Shown here piece after piece: positions 12,336-23,899 of a DNA stretch of 64,000 nt (position 1 is its first letter; each line of letters begins with the position of its first letter). The DNA is from Hypanus sabinus. Its lineage: Eukaryota. The notes under the pieces are model-generated. The model was not told where the DNA came from. It did no database searches and was given only the letters and a program-made list of their open reading frames with translations. The position numbers and the translations under genes are program-made. The stretch spans positions 29,140,001-29,204,000 of the forward strand of contig NC_082711.1 of NCBI RefSeq assembly GCF_030144855.1. Direction: 5' to 3'.

Positions 12336-14497
12336 TAAGATATAGAGTGTGCCTGTTCCTTCAGGTTGTTTAGTTGCATAACCACTACTAATTAATCAGT
12401 GAAGCTGGAGATCAGATGCATCAACAGCTTACTGAAGATAGCTGGCAGTTATGGAACATTAAACATAGAACAGTACAGAACCATACAAACCCTTCAGCCC
12501 ACAATATTGTGCAACCTTTTAACCTACTCTATGATCAATTTAACCCATCTCTCCCACAGAGCTCTCCATTTTTCTATCATTCATGTGCCTATCTGAGATT
12601 TTCTTAAAAGTTTCTAATCTGCCAACAGTGATCTAAAAATCTATGGGATCCAACCCAGTGTAATATTATCTGAATTGGCATAAACTTCCATGAAAAGCAA
12701 GAAAATAAAACAATGGCACAATGATAAAAAGTTATCACGAAAACCAGCAGTAAGTAAATTCTCTTAAAGATTAACTGAAGGACTAAACTGGTTTCATATA
12801 ATGAGGTGAAACACACACTCAAAATGACATTTTCTCCTACAACTTGTCTACATTTTATTAATGACTCTACATTAAAGAATGTTGCATAATAAATAACATA
12901 CTTAGACTGCAATAATTTTATGTACTCCAATATAATGCATAAATATCTACTTTTTCAAGACAGAGAAACAAGTCCATTCACAAGGGTCAAATATTACTGT
13001 TGCATTCACCTACAGCATCATATCAGAATTTCAGTCAGTTGACATTTACATGCGCAACCTACAGGTTTATTTTAATCCAAAGTTAGGAATTAAGAGAACA
13101 AAATATCGCGCTGAATGCATGGTTTAGGATTGAGCCAAGCTCAGAAATAATTATGGTTATAACATATGAGAAATCAAAATATAGTAAATGACCATTCATA
13201 TTCAAAACCATTCCAGCATTAGCTGTAATAAAAACAATTTTCCCTCAGCATCAGTCATGCAAGCTCTCTTTGAAGCATAAATGAAAAATCCTGACATCCA
13301 AAGGCAAGTACTGCAAGTATTTAAACATTGGAAAGGTTCCTAAAGAGTTAATCAGAGTTGTGCAGCACAGAAAATGACTATTGTTTAGCCACTATACCAT
13401 TTGTGGGCTTGCATGATGAGACTGGTTTTAATAGTCTGTGAAAAAGAATTTCAAACATCTAACGTGTACTAATTGAAAGCAAAATCCTGTAGATATGGGA
13501 AATCCGGAAGAACAGAAAGTGCTGTAAACACTCAGCAGGCCATGCACCATCCATGGATGAAGAACAATTAATCTCCCAGATAAACCAGTTTTTCGTGTAG
13601 TTCCAGTAAAGGGTCACTGACTTCTGATACCAGGTCTATTTCACAGTTGCCTAACCTGCTGATTGGTTGCTACATTTTATACTTTTAACTTATTGTTTTT
13701 TAAACTATACTTTGTTTAATATTCATTATCCTTGGTCTTAGTATCCTATCTAAATAGACTAAATTAAATTATTTAAGGAAGAACAAACATTATTAAATTA
13801 TGAAAGGCAAAGACAGACAGAGGTTCTTTTTTCCATCTCCCATCTTGAATACTAGAGGGTACACAATTAAGGTAGAGAGGGGAAAAGTTCAAAAGAGATG
13901 TGGGTCAAGATTTTTATTTACAGAATTGAGTGCCTAAAATGCACTGCCTGGTATGGTTGTGGGAGGCAAATACAATCGAGGCATTTGAGAGGCTCTTATA
14001 TAGGCACATGAATATGTAGAGAAAGAATATTGATCATGTGTGTCAGCAGCTTAACATCATGGACCAGAAGGCCTGTCATTTACTGTACTATTTTACATTC
14101 TATTCATCTCAAAAAACCTCAAGTTGAGATCACAACCTAAAACAATTCCAAATTTCAAGGGAAATAATTTTTTTTAAATGCAAGAGCTAAAAATCTGAAA
14201 AATAAACAGAAAATATTGAAACATTCAGCAAATAATACAGCACCAGTGGAAAAAATAAATAATTATTATGCAGCTTTCATCAGAATTGGGAATATGCTGG
14301 TAAAATTTGAAGAGAGGATCAGGAAGGCTTGAATGGAACAAAGCAGATATTTCAGAAGGGTGACACCTGACTAGCCATGGCAATATGCTAACAAAACCAG
14401 TTGGTTGATTTCGAGCACCAGTTAGTCAATCTAGAATCCATGTGAATATCTTCTAGGATTACTAGCACTCATCACATGAGCATATTAAATATGGCAT

Positions 14498-14755
14498 TGT
14501 GGCGACCCACTTCCTAGCGCACTCGAACCGGCTCACAAATAGCCAGCGTGCAGGCACAAAGGCCAGGTCCGCAACAAAGGAGAATAAGCCTGCGGGGGTT
14601 TGTGAGTACGTGTCCCTTGGATTATCCGCACCCGGGGAGGGCGGGATGAGGGAAGCTTTAAAAGCAAGGCTGTGAAGTTCGAATAAAATCATCTTTAATT
14701 GCAGTTTACCGACTCAGTGTCGTTATTTTAGCGCTGCGTGTAGCACACCGCTACA
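14498..14755 (+). mobile_element. solo LTR of the same Gypsy family as 2826-3102
   Basis: TGTGGCGACCCACTTCCTAGCGC..CACACCGCTACA, highly similar to the 2826-3102 LTR. 4-bp TSD GCAT on both sides. Confidence 0.95.
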
Positions 14756-14915
14756 GCATCTTAGATAACACTAAAGATAGTTCTTTCAAAGATATCTAAA
14801 TTCTACTTATATCTATAACCATCATTAAATTTTGTACTTAATTGAAGACATGACAGAAATCCTAGCTATTAAAAAATTTGATTTTAAAGCTGAAAGAGTA
14901 CTGAAAAATGCCTAC

Positions 14916-15030
14916 CATTCAGAATAATGGCAATTTCCAGCAGATCACTGTAAACAACATTCTCATCAATTACATTTATGGAGGCAGCAACCACTTCAGT
15001 TATACCACTAATCACAGACAGAGCATCCTT
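14916..15030 (-). CDS. NCAPG2: Condensin-2 complex subunit G2, coding exon 3
   Basis: AG|KDALSVISGITEVVAASINVIDENVVYSDLLEIAIILN(G)|GTAGGC. 115 nt, phase 0-1, compatible with the next exon. Confidence 0.93.
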
Positions 15031-15521
15031 CTGAAGAACAAAAACAAGAGAAGTTTTATTGTAAACTTTTAAAAAACTAAAGTAATTAAATTTCATTAAC
15101 ATTTAAATCTCTTAAAATGTATCAAACTTTTACACTCTTGGAAAAAATTAATGAAAAGAAACACTTTTTTTTATCTCAAGTACAATTAGTCATTGATATC
15201 ACAAAACAGAAGTGCTCCAGTGAAGCAATGAAGTTTAGAAATTTAAATGAAGCAGTACATTAGCATTGCATAATGTCCATCTGCAGTATTCCTTGTGGTG
15301 AATGTAATTTTAGTAATAGGTTGTGAGAAGGTGAGAAAATCTGGGTAGACTCTCTCGGGGAATCATCACCTCCTGTGAAGTCACAGGAACATTTTAAAAT
15401 CAACCAAAAACAATACTTATAATCACTAGAAAAGAATATTTATATTGAGTTAGTGGAGGCCTGAATAATACACAACTAATCTTAGCTAAGATGCAAAATG
15501 TACATTGCCATATCTCCTCAC

Positions 15522-15710
15522 CAAATCTAGGGCACCCTCCACTTCCATTTCATCATCACTGTCTTCATCAAACTTCTGCCAATTCTCCACAGGATTGGCT
15601 ATCAGAACATCAGTCAAGAGAGTCTTCAGCTGCTTCCACAACAGTTCTTTTTGTTTCCGTGGGAATTCCTGCAGCAACTCATTCAGGTCAAAGGGATCTG
15701 AATTATTTTT
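15522..15710 (-). CDS. NCAPG2: Condensin-2 complex subunit G2, coding exon 2
   Basis: AG|KNNSDPFDLNELLQEFPRKQKELLWKQLKTLLTDVL..EGALDL|GTGAGG. 189 nt. Resembles human SDPFSLNELLDELSRKQKEELWQRLKNLLTDVL. Confidence 0.95.
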
Positions 15711-17524
15711 CTAAAGGGAGAAAAAAATTAAATTGAAATCAAATCATGTTTTTGTTTTGAGTTAGTCAATTACCTTAAACTGATGGAAACTTTTCACCAT
15801 GTCCCAGGAAACAAAACATGAGTAAAGTTAGTTTGCCTGAAATTAATTTAATTGATATTTATTGCTTATTTATTTATTATCATAGTTTTGTAACTCCAAA
15901 ACAGTAAATTAATTGAAAGGAAAACAATAGCCCGAAATACGAGCCCAATTTCATCTTTTACTTCAAGTGAGGTGTGTACATACCATGTGGTAGCACATTG
16001 ACTTATGCAATTCCCTTATTTTGACATTTAATCTGTAATGAATTATGTAAATAAATGAGAATGTTTAATCAAACAATATATTTACAATGTTACTTAAATA
16101 ATAAATACACAATTATTTATTTTTTCTTCTTTTTGTAGTTGGTTTGACGTCTTTTCCACATTGATTGTTTAACTGTCCTGTGTTCAGTCTTTCATTGATT
16201 CTATTCTGTTTTTTTGTATTTACTGTGAATACCCACAAGAAAATGAATCTCACGGCTGTATATGGTGACAAATGAGTACTTTGATATAAATTTACTTTGA
16301 ACATTTTCCCAAAAGATTCCCAATTTTCCAAATAAATATAATAAATTAAAATCATTCCCTGTGTTCTATCCATTGTGACCTCTACCTTCTTTGCTACAGT
16401 ATGTTTACAAACTTACTTTCTCCGTTTTGAAGTGTTAAATATTTCTCTTTCCACAAATGTTGCCTGCTGAGTTTTTGCAGCTTTTTCTGTTTCAAAATCA
16501 AAATTCTGAACTTACAACTTCATGTGTTTAACCAGAATTACCTTAATCTCCCTAAAGATACTATAAGTAGGAGCAGACAGCAGAAGGTGTGCATAACAAC
16601 ATTGAGAATACTGTAACACAACTTCCCATACCCAACCAAATCCCAGCCTCTCCAAATAAGAGGGCGAATCATGTGGATATATATAAGAGCTTAATCAATA
16701 TCTGCCAGTCTCTGAATCAAATACAAATAAAATTTTCCATTCCTATTAACTTAATGGCAGTGCAAGAACACACATACAATACTGAGGGATCATAGCAAAC
16801 CAGGCAGCATCTATAGAAGGAAATAAACAGTTGACCATAGATGCTGCCTGACCTACTGAGATCCCTCAGCATTTTGTGTGTATGTTGTTCTGGATTTGCA
16901 GCATTAATGAACCTCTGGTGTTTATAAATGTAAACCCACACATCTTAATTGGCCTTAACATTTAAGATCAATATTATACCTGGGTTTTGCTTCCAATTTT
17001 CTATCCACATGTCCACTCTACATGATTGCCATATCATATGGATTGCAAATTTGCTTTTGAATCTGATATCCTTTGTTCTATTCTCACAGTTTAATTCCAA
17101 TCAATTTTCAAGATTTACTAACCACTACATTCAATAGGTTTCTCTGGTCTTCTGTTACACATTTATATCCAAGATCAATTTCGGAGCTCTGTGAACTGCC
17201 TCCAGCTTGTGAATAGCTGAGGGAACTGAATTCTTAAAACAAAGACGAAGTTATGTCTTACAATAAGACAAAAAAAAAAGAAATATGATGAGTTAAGATG
17301 AAAGTTGGAGTGCATTGTCTGAAGGAGAGACTGATGCAGATGTAGTGATAACTTCCAAAGCAGAATTGCATATTATTAAGCAGGAAAAAGTGTACTGTTA
17401 CAGGTGAGGATTCAGATACGTTTTATTTTTAAGTCATATTGATGCATTGACTTAACTTTAAGTTTATAAGCAAAAATTATTGTACAAGTTTCATAAATTT
17501 CATATTTTCCTACAAAGAACAACC

Positions 17525-18750
17525 CGACATTATGAATGGCAGTGATGCTTCATTATTAAATGAGCTCAACAGCCTTTATGTTCGCTTTGAAAGGGAGAAT
17601 AATACTACAAGGATCCCTACAGCATCCATTGACCCTTTGATCTCTGTTTTGGAGCCCAATGTCAGAATCTCTTTCAGGAGGGTGAACCCTCACAAGGTGG
17701 CAGACACAGAGGAATGTTTGGTAAGACTCTGAAAACTTATGCCAATGAACAGGCACGGGTATTCAAGGACATTTTCAATCTCTTGTAGCTACTGTCAGAA
17801 GATCCCCCTTGCTTCAAAAGGGCAACAATTGTACCAGTGCCCAAGAAGAGCAGTGTGAGCTGATTTAACGACTATTGCCCAGTACGCTCACAGCTATAGT
17901 GATGAATTGCTTTGAGAGGTTGACCATGGCTAGAATCAACTGCTGTTTTAGTAAGAACTTGGAACCACTGCAGATTGCCTATCACCACAATAGCTCTATG
18001 GCAGATGCAATCTCAATGGCTCTCCATGCAGCCTTGGATCACCCGGACAATACAAATACCTGTATCAGGATGTGGTTTATTGACTGTAGCTCAGTGTTTA
18101 ACATCATCATTCCTACAGGTTTGAGCAAAAAGCTACAGAATCTGGACCCCTGTATCTCCCTCTATAACTGGATCCTCGACTTCCTAACACAAAGACCACA
18201 ATCTGTGCAGACTTGAAATAACATTTCCACCTCACTAACAATCAACACTGGCACACCACAGGAATGTATGCTTAGCCCACTGCTCTGCTCTACTCTATAC
18301 CGATGACTGTGTGGCTAGCCATAGCTCAAATGCTATCTATAAGTTTGCTGATGATACAATCATAGTAGACAGAATCTCAGATGCTGATGAAAGGGCATAG
18401 AGGAGCAAGATATACCTGCTAGCTGAGTGGTGTCGTAGCAACAACCTTGCACTCAACATCAGTAAGACCAGAGAGCTGTTTGTGGACTTCAAGAAGGGTA
18501 AGATGAGGGAACACAAACCAATCCTCGTACAGTGATTGGAAGCGTAGAGAATACGCAATTTCAAGATCCTGGCTGTTAATATCTCTGAGGACCTAACCTG
18601 ATCGCTATATACCTATATTGATGCAGCTATAAAGAAGCCAAGACAGTGGTTATATTTCATTAGCCGTTTGAGGAGATTTGGTTTGTCACCTAAAACACTC
18701 AGACTGCTACAGATGTGTCGTGGAGAGCATTCCAACGGGCTGTAGCATCA
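17525..18750 (+). mobile_element. Rex1/Babar-type LINE RT fragment (decayed)
   Basis: LLNELN.LY.RFE, LTAIVMNCFERL, FID.SS.FN.I, NWILDFLT.RPQSV and KFADD motifs, with stops. Confidence 0.85.
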
Positions 18751-20127
18751 TGCGGAATTTGGCTCACTTAAGCAGTTGTTCCAATTAGCTGAAGTTTCAT
18801 GGAAATTATTGAAAAGGTATAAATAAGACAAACTATAATTTAACTGGTAAGAAATTATTGATTTAAATGAGATACAGAACAAATTAGACCACTACCAATA
18901 CTGGAGTTGTAGGCCTCCGTTAGTCTCGATAGACCATGGATTTGCGCCATGGAAATTTTCTAGGGCAAGGTTCTTTTTATGGAAGACCAACAGTTGCCCA
19001 AACTGCAAGTCTCCCCTCTCCACACCACCGATGTTGTCCATGGGTCATTAGGACCCATACAGCTTGGCACCGGTGTCATCGCAGAGCAATGTGTGGTTAA
19101 GTGCCTTGCTCAAGGATACACATGCAGCCTCAGCCAAGGCTTGAACTAGTGACCTTCAGATCACTAGATGAACGCCTTAACCACTTGGCCACGCACCAAC
19201 ACACTACCAATACCACTACGGTACTAAAAAATATTTCCTTTAATTGTTTCCCTCGTCCTTCCCTCCTCTTGAATGCCGTACTCTTGCCTTTTACCTCTTC
19301 ACCTCACGTACTGCTGGTGCCTCTCTTTCTTCCCTTTTTCCCATGATCCATTCTCCTCTCCTTTCAGATTTCTTCTTTTCCAGCCTTTTAGCTTTCCCAC
19401 CCACCTGGCTTCACCTATAACCTTCTAGCTAATCCTCCTTTCCCTCCTCCTACCTTTTTATTCTGGCATCTTTCCCCCTTCCTTCCCTGTCCTGAAGAAG
19501 GACCTCAACCCGAAACATTGACTATATATTCATTTCCATAGATGCTGCCTGACATGCTGAGTTTCTCCAGGACTTTGTGTGTTGCTCTGGATGTTCAGCA
19601 TCAACAGAATCTTTTGTGTTTACTATAAAACTGTGTATTAGTTTCTTATAGTTATCAATGGAGGAATTCATCCAGTGTACACTGCTGTGTCCTTTTGCTT
19701 GACTGTAAATGAACAAAATCAGCACAGACACCTAGTTTAGATAGTGGACTGCCTTCATACAATGCTTTGGATGATTGTATCTTCTGAATTTTCATTGTAA
19801 CATTCAAGATGATTGTCAACACCTTCAAATTCTTTGTAGTTTCTAACTTGCCGAAGTGTTGAAATTGTTTCATTTTCACTCCCAAATGTTTCTGGCATTT
19901 CCAAACCTGAATGCTTGAAACTGCAGTGAACAAAACGGTTCAGAATCGTCTTCCTGCTTATTTCTTGCCAACTATCAGCGACAAAAAGTAACTGCTTTTT
20001 GAACACAAGAACACACAACTAATGCTATTTAAAAACTGTTTGCTCCAAGCACGGTGTTCGGCAACAGCACCCTGCCCCAATTAAACGGCCCTGATTAACC
20101 AATGGCCAAATTAATCAGAATTCACTG
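18750..20127 (-). mobile_element. Tigger/TIGD-like transposon remnant interrupted by a SINE and a Penelope repeat
   Basis: ORF 19755-20018 VADSWQEISRKTILN.F.HC.FK is typical of the TIGD transposase C-terminus. Terminus reads CAGTGAATTCTGATTAATTTGGCC from 20127. Confidence 0.65.
18902..19201 (-). mobile_element. tRNA-derived CORE-like SINE with RTE-type tail
   Basis: A-box TGGCCAAGTGG, B-box GTTCAAGCC, CORE-like CCTTGAGCAAGGCACTTAACC. 12-bp TSD CACTACCAATAC (18890-18901, 19202-19213). Confidence 0.85.
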
Positions 20128-20227
20128 GATTCCTCTCTCAGTCAAACACAGCAGATTTGACTGAAAGGTCTCTCCAGAACCTTTCTCAGTCTTACTAAAT
20201 TTTATTTCTAAATTCCATCAAATTACA

Positions 20228-22183
20228 TTAATGATCTGAATGATGGAATGGCAAATTAGATTAGTAAGTATGCAGATGATACTGAGATAGGTGGCGTAGT
20301 GGATAATGAAGTAGGTTTTCAAAGCTTGCAGAGAGATTTAGGCCAGTTAGAAGAGTGGGCTGAAAGATGGTAGATGGAGTTTAATGCTGATAAGTGTGAG
20401 GTGCTACATATTGGTAGGAATAATCAAAATAGGACATACATGATAAATGGTAGGGCATTGAGGAATGCAGTAGAACAGTGTGATCTAGGAATAATGGTGC
20501 ATAGTTCCCTGAAGGTGGAATCTCATGTGGATAGGGTGGTGAAGAAAGCTTTTGGTATGCTGGCCTTTATAAATCAGAGTATTGAGTGTATAGGAGTTGG
20601 GATGTAATGTTAAAATTGTGCAAGGCATTGGTGAGGCCAAATTTGGAGTATTGTGTACAGTTCTGGTCACCAAATTATAGGAAAGATGTCAACAAATTAG
20701 AGAGTACAGAGGAGATTTACCAGAACGTTAGCTGGGTTTCAGCATCTAAGTTACAGAGAAAGGTTGAACAAGTTAGTTCTTTATTCTTTGGAGCGTAGAA
20801 GGTTGAAGGAGGGCTTTGTAGAGGTATTTAAAATTATGAGGGGGATAGAGAGAGTTGATGTGGATAGGCTTTTTCCATTGAGAGTAGGGGAGATTCAAAC
20901 AAGAGGACTAGCGGTGACTAGCGGGGTGCCTCAGGGATCTGTTTTGGGCCCAATGTTGTTTGTAATATACATAAATGATCTGGATGATGGGGTGGTAAAT
21001 TGGATTAGTAAGTATGCCGAAGATACTAAGGTAGGAGGTGTTGTGGATAATGAGGTGGATTTTCAAAGCTTGCAGGGAGATTTATGCCGGTTAGAAGAAT
21101 GGGCTGAACGTTGGCAGATGGAGTTTAATGCTGAGAAGTGTGAGGTTCTACATTTTGGCAGGAATAATCCAAATAGAACATACAGAGTAAATGGTAGGGC
21201 ATTGAGGAATGCAGAGGAACAGAGAGATCTAGGAATAACTGTGCATAGTTCCCTGAAAGTGGAGTCTCATGTAGATAGGGTGGTGAAGAGGGCTTTTGGA
21301 ACGCTGGCCTTTATAAATCAAAGCATTGAGTACAGAAGTTGGGATGTAATGCTAAAGTTGTACAAGGCAATGGTAAGGCCAAATTTGGAATATTGTGTGC
21401 AGTTCTGGTCACCGAATTATAGGAAAGATATCAATAAATTAGAGAGTGCAGAGACGATTTACTAGGATGTTACCTGGGTTTCAGCAATTAAGTTACAGAG
21501 AAAGGTTGAACAAGTTAGGTCTCTACTCATTGGAGCGTAGAAGGTTGAGGGGGGATTTGATCGAGGTATTTAAAATTTTGAGAGGGATAGATAGAGTTGA
21601 CGTGAACAGGCTGTTTCCATTGAGAGTAGGGGAGATTCAAACTAGAGGACATGATTTGAGAGTTAGGGGGCAGAAGTTTAAGGGAAACACGAGGGGGTAT
21701 TTCTTTACTCAAAGAGTGATAGCTGTGTGGAATGAGCTTCCTGTAGAAGTAGTAGAGGCCAGTTCAGTTGTGTCATTTAAGGTAAAATTGGATAGGTATA
21801 TGGACAGGAAAGGAGTGGAGGGTTATGGGCTGAGTGCGGGTAGGTGGGACTAGGTGAGATTAAGGGTTCGGCACGGACTAGGAGGGCCAAGATGGCCTGT
21901 TTCCGTGCTGTGATTGTTATATGGTTATATAGGACACGAGTTGAGAGTTAAGGGGCAAAAGTTTAGGGGTAACACGAGGGGGAACTTCTTTACTCAGAGA
22001 GTGGTAGCTGTGTGGAACGAGCTTCTAGTAGAAGTGGTAGAGGCAGGTTCGATTTTGTCATTTAAAAAAAATTGGATAGGTATATGGACAGGAAAGGAAT
22101 GGAGGGTTATGGGCTCAGTGCAGGTCAGTGAGATAGAAGGGCCGAGATGGCCTGTTTCTGTGTTGTAATTGTTATATGGTCAT
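20228..22183 (+). mobile_element. CR1 LINE 3' fragments: a younger copy (20909-21930) nested in an older copy of the same family
   Basis: SGVPQGSVLGP, SKYA(D/E)DTK, WQMEFN.KC.V.H.G and RPNLEYCVQFWSP motifs occur twice. AGGAC is duplicated at 20904-08 and 21931-35. Confidence 0.92.
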
Positions 22184-22248
22184 GTAAGTGTGCTAGATAA
22201 TTAAAATGGTAGTCACAAAATCAACAATAATGCAATACGTGGTAAATA

Positions 22249-22385
22249 ATACAATACTCCTGATGAACGGTTTCGGCCCGAAACGTCGTCATTACCTCCT
22301 CCCATAGATGCTGTCTGGCCTGCTGAGTTCTGCCAGCATTTTGTGTTTTTGTTTATTTCCAGCATCTGCAGGTTCACTCGTGTTG
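22249..22385 (+). mobile_element. short Penelope-type terminal repeat with hammerhead core
   Basis: CTGATGA(22260-66)-ACGGTTTCGGCCC-GAAAC-GTC. Flanking near-duplication ACGTGGTAAATA/ACATGGTAAATA. Confidence 0.75.
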
Positions 22386-22779
22386 ACATGGTAAATAGAG
22401 GATGGTTAGAAAAGAGAACTTGGTATAAACTGTATTACTCTGGGTTTTCTTTGGTGATACTTTTAATTTAAAATTTTCAATTAAAAAGCAAACTTTTAAC
22501 TCAAAGCAGAAAGCTGTTGAACTCTGCAACAAGGCAGACATTGTTGTGATAAATCCCTCTAGAAAGTAGCAAAATAGTCATCCTAAAAGCATGCTTAACA
22601 GTTCGTTAAGTTCTAATGCTTTCTGTCATTCACTCTTTGGGATTTTTTTCGTGGATGTTTGCAAAGAATAAGGATTTCAGGTTGTATATTGCATACATTC
22701 TGATATTGAATTGAACCACTGAATGTGCACAAAGAACCCCCATTACAAAGCTAGATAAACTGCACAAGAACATCCTTAC

Positions 22780-22857
22780 GTGGAGCACAATAAAATTCAG
22801 GAATTCCTTCACAGAAGCTGTACATACGGACCGCAAGAAGGATTCACGCTTGGACAT
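22780..22857 (-). CDS. NCAPG2: Condensin-2 complex subunit G2, first coding exon (ATG at 22857)
   Basis: MSKRESFLRSVCTASVKEFLNFIVLH|GTAAGG, 26 codons, vs human MEKRETFVQAVSKELVGEFLQFVQLD. Candidate acceptors put the exon start at 22891 or 22870. Confidence 0.93.
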
Positions 22858-23899
22858 GATGCCCACTTCTCTGCATCAAACAAAACAGATTCTGAAAAAA
22901 AAATATGTGCATTAAGATTGATTAGTCACTAAGGAAAAAATATCAAACTGCAACATGGTCACATCAACAGTTGTAAGACAGGTAGTTTAGTTAAATTTAA
23001 ATGCTGCACTAAGGTTGTGTCCCACTTGATAAAGCAACAGAAAAGCAAGGGGATACAATTACCACAAGTGGTAAACAGAATGACTTTAGCCTTGTCAAGA
23101 CTACACTAAATGTTTCAACATATTCATTTCTTGAATCCAAATTATGACAAGGAAAATTTAGGTGTTACCTCCATACAGGAATGCTAACTCCTTGAAATGG
23201 GCTGATTGTGCAATTATTGATGAGGGTATAATTGAGCAATGATACCTGACTTGGCCTTATGCCATTCTGCATGCACCACTTCACCATTTCAATGGCATTT
23301 GGGTTCCACCGGTCAATTGCTTGTAATGAATCCACGGAGTGTTGGTTATAGCACATGGAATCAAGTTCAAGTTTAATTGTCATTCAACCACACAGTTAAA
23401 GCAGCATTCCTCTGGGGCCACATTGCTAAACACAGAACCAACAGCCACACACAGCACAAGTAGCACATATAATTATGATAGCAGAAAAACAGAATTACAA
23501 ATAAAAGAGATTTTAAAAAATAATAATATAGCACAAGTCTCTGAGGATCATGGCCTGTTGATTGGTGGTGTATGGATGTTGCTTAAGAGCCATGTTTTGC
23601 AGAACAAGCCCAGGGCAGCCGCAGAAGATTGCAATCCAGCTTGTCTCCTAAACAGTGAACACTGGAGGGCAACACCAACCCAGTGCAGAATCCAGCAGCA
23701 CAGTTAGCTTTGGCATCTCCTTCCTCAGCAGCCATAAAAGGTGATCCCGAGGCATGAATGAAGTCCTGGTCTGTGCCATAACTAAGGCCACACAGCTCCC
23801 CCACCACTGGTCTCAACACTGAATCGGTCTCGCAGTATTCTATATTCCCAATGCCCAACAGGGTTTTACAATCACAACAAAAGCGTCCAGGCAGATCTG

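Noticed and set aside
19130-19201. tRNA gene
   Set aside because: A and B boxes are present, but it continues into a SINE body flanked by a 12-bp TSD, with no complete cloverleaf.
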